Source of the DNA: Candidatus Thorarchaeota archaeon
GTDB taxonomy: Archaea; Asgardarchaeota; Thorarchaeia; Thorarchaeales; Thorarchaeaceae
Direction: 5' to 3'
Length of the DNA stretch: 28,386 bases
Assembly: GCA_004524445.1 (NCBI GenBank)
Contig: SDNP01000034.1
Location: forward strand, 1 to 28,386
How positions within the stretch are numbered: the first letter of the stretch is position 1; each line of letters starts with the position of its first letter. The position numbers were made by a program, and so were the translations under genes. Under the pieces are notes generated by a model that saw only the letters and a program-made list of their open reading frames with translations, was not told the DNA's origin and did no database searches. Of the stretch, positions 26,450 to 28,386 are shown in pieces.

Positions 26450-28386
26450 ATGAATAAAAAGAGGATTGCATTCGTTCTTGTCCTTGTTGCAGCCATGAGC
26501 TTAAGCTTGTGCTTTGCTCCTATGGCTCCCGTGCGGACAGTAGAACGGAACGCTCCTCCCGACTTCACACCTGAAGAGGTTGAAGAGATCAACAACTATT
26601 ATGACATGGTCTCACAACCGAATTTTGTACCTGAAGTACATCCGACTCTCGCAGCTTGGCAGGGCGGATCTGATATTTCAAACAAGGTGGTCATGAGGGA
26701 CGGGAGTCCGAGTGTTCTAATCTACGGAACCCCATGGATGAACATGGACAAAATCGATTCAATAGTCGAAATTGATTGGAAGGTAAACCTAAAGGCCTTC
26801 TGGATCATTAAGGCTGTGCTTCCTTCTGTAGAGTCATTGGACTTCCTGCTCGATGTTGATGGTGTTTCAACCATCGCGGCCGACGAGAAAGCTTTCGCGA
26901 CGGACGACCTGAACAAGGTACTCGATCAGGCTCCACCGAGTTTACCCGAAATTGGTACTGATATGGCGAATATCAATGACCAAGTTAATGCCAACGCAGG
27001 CAGTGCCGTCGGATATGACGGTACTGGTGTAGTAGTTGGTCACGTTGACACTGGTGTAGACTTTGGACATCCGGCTCTTCAGAACGCATATAGCATGGAC
27101 TCTTATGATCCGACAGGTTATGGTTTGGTTCCAACAAACTATCATGGAAATATGACCAACGTCGACAACGTTACCGAGTGGCTTGCCGAAGGCAACCTGC
27201 TCACATATGAAATGGGCGGAAATTACTACCTGAACGTTACCGGCTGGGATCCAGTCGTGAACAACCTTGGTGCAGGTCGACATCTTATGGGTCTCTTACC
27301 TCCATACGGAGATGGATATCCATACGGTTCGACAGTAGGTTTCATCGGCCTTTATGAGTGGGCATACGGCGTAAACAATGTTTCAGAGTTTGTGTATCAC
27401 GAGCTCTGGAAGGACTGGCAAATTCCTGCTCCTAATGAAGCAGGGTTGAATCTTGTAGGCAACTACAGCTTTGGCTGGGCATTCCAGCAGAGAAACGGTC
27501 CTTATGCAAAGGTCTTCGCACCAATGGTGGTACTGAATGGTACTGGCAACACCCAGCATGTCGTTGTGGACTGGGAAGGTGCAGAGGGCTGGACAGCAAT
27601 GTGGAACGGAGCTATCTGGTATGAAGACATGGACCTGAACACAACAGCTGACAGAGATGAAGTAAAGGCCCTATTCGACTGGAACTTCACCGACGACTTT
27701 TATGACGGTGGCTTATTCAACATGGCTAATCCGATCATGACTGTTGATTACTCTGGAGATGGCGTAGATGACTTCAGCCTAGGTGCTTTCGGACATGTCT
27801 GGGACCCTGGCTTCTTTGATGACGAGCAAGTCTTCAAGGCTTTCAGGTCAGATGGTGACGCTATCGCACTGTACTTTGACCATGGTACACACGGTACTGC
27901 TACAGCTGCTCATGTTGCTGCAAATGATACCACAACCTGGTATTATGATCCTGACAACAACCAGACTATCGCATTAGAGGGTGTTGCCCCCAATGCTACG
28001 CTAATATCAGTCGCTTCCATAACCGCGGGTGCTCGCTTGAACGGTCACCTATGGGTGTGTGGTTTTGACTACGACGAAACAACGAAGGAGTTCTATTACT
28101 CCGGTAACCACGAGTCCGATCTTACGACCAACTCTTGGGGATGGATAACGACTCTCTTCAGCGAATTTGACTACTTGTCATTCACTTGGACAATACTATC
28201 AGTTCCAGATTACTTGCATGAGGACTACCCAGGTGTACTCCACGTCTGCTCTGCAGGCAACGAGGGCGCAGGCTTCATGACAATTGGTCCTCCTGGTGCA
28301 AGTGCTGCAACTCTCACTGTTGGTGCCTCTCCCGAGAGCCAATGGCTTGAGTACCTCTATGGTCCAACTCAACCCTACGAGGGTCC
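26450..28386 (+). CDS. Secreted pyrolysin-like S8 protease, 3'-truncated by the window edge and absent from the ORF track
   Basis: Manual translation gives signal MNKKRIAFVLVLVAAMSLSLCFA, GYDGTGVVVGHVDTGVDFGHPAL (Asp ~27047), DHGTHGTATAAHVAA (His ~27890), GVAPNA, NSWG, SAGNEG (~28250) and TVGAS, all in one frame. The catalytic Ser lies beyond the edge. Confidence 0.93.
   Translation, partial: MNKKRIAFVLVLVAAMSLSLCFAPMAPVRTVERNAPPDFTPEEVEEINNYYDMVSQPNFVPEVHPTLAAWQGGSDISNKVVMRDGSPSVLIYGTPWMNMDKIDSIVEIDWKVNLKAFWIIKAVLPSVESLDFLLDVDGVSTIAADEKAFATDDLNKVLDQAPPSLPEIGTDMANINDQVNANAGSAVGYDGTGVVVGHVDTGVDFGHPALQNAYSMDSYDPTGYGLVPTNYHGNMTNVDNVTEWLAEGNLLTYEMGGNYYLNVTGWDPVVNNLGAGRHLMGLLPPYGDGYPYGSTVGFIGLYEWAYGVNNVSEFVYHELWKDWQIPAPNEAGLNLVGNYSFGWAFQQRNGPYAKVFAPMVVLNGTGNTQHVVVDWEGAEGWTAMWNGAIWYEDMDLNTTADRDEVKALFDWNFTDDFYDGGLFNMANPIMTVDYSGDGVDDFSLGAFGHVWDPGFFDDEQVFKAFRSDGDAIALYFDHGTHGTATAAHVAANDTTTWYYDPDNNQTIALEGVAPNATLISVASITAGARLNGHLWVCGFDYDETTKEFYYSGNHESDLTTNSWGWITTLFSEFDYLSFTWTILSVPDYLHEDYPGVLHVCSAGNEGAGFMTIGPPGASAATLTVGASPESQWLEYLYGPTQPYEG

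Noticed and set aside
42-27977. Many 60-175 aa ORFs nested in or antisense to long genes (e.g. 2403-2783, 9598-10035, 18079-18516, 25510-26037, 26722-27977)
   Set aside because: They overlap better-supported CDSs, show shadow-type Ser/Ile-rich composition and carry no motifs.
1-28386. CRISPR arrays, tRNA/rRNA, transposases, integrases, inteins
   Set aside because: No repeat-spacer periodicity, cloverleaf, recombinase motifs or intein termini were seen. The S8 inserts lack intein C/S...HN signatures.

Overview
Gene-dense chromosomal window of moderate GC content, most likely from an Asgard archaeon (Thorarchaeia-like). That assignment is an inference from a TPR-longin protein, an archaeal GTPBP1-type GTPase, a TFS/RpoM-like zinc ribbon, archaeal TATA/GGTG signals and sequon-rich surface proteins. 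I see no rRNA, tRNA, CRISPR array or mobile element. The dominant theme is proteolysis: four different surface or secreted subtilisin-family (S8) proteases, two cut by the window edges and one of those missing from the supplied ORF track, plus a TldD/PmbA pair. The most interesting gene is the S8 at 21387-24308(-). Its architecture (signal peptide, propeptide, S8, beta-rich domain, GIFT/DUF4350-like domain, TM helix, cytosolic tail) and several motifs resemble eukaryotic Site-1 protease (MBTPS1). It is divergently paired with a small putative nucleic-acid-binding protein and a membrane coiled-coil protein. Other notable items are a bacterial-type serC next to a DUF1015 gene, a TFS paralogue lacking its catalytic ribbon, a Cys-less NADH-oxidase-like flavoprotein, an uncalled 52-aa membrane microprotein and a perfect 24-bp palindrome. 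All homology calls come from motif recognition by eye, and no searches were run.
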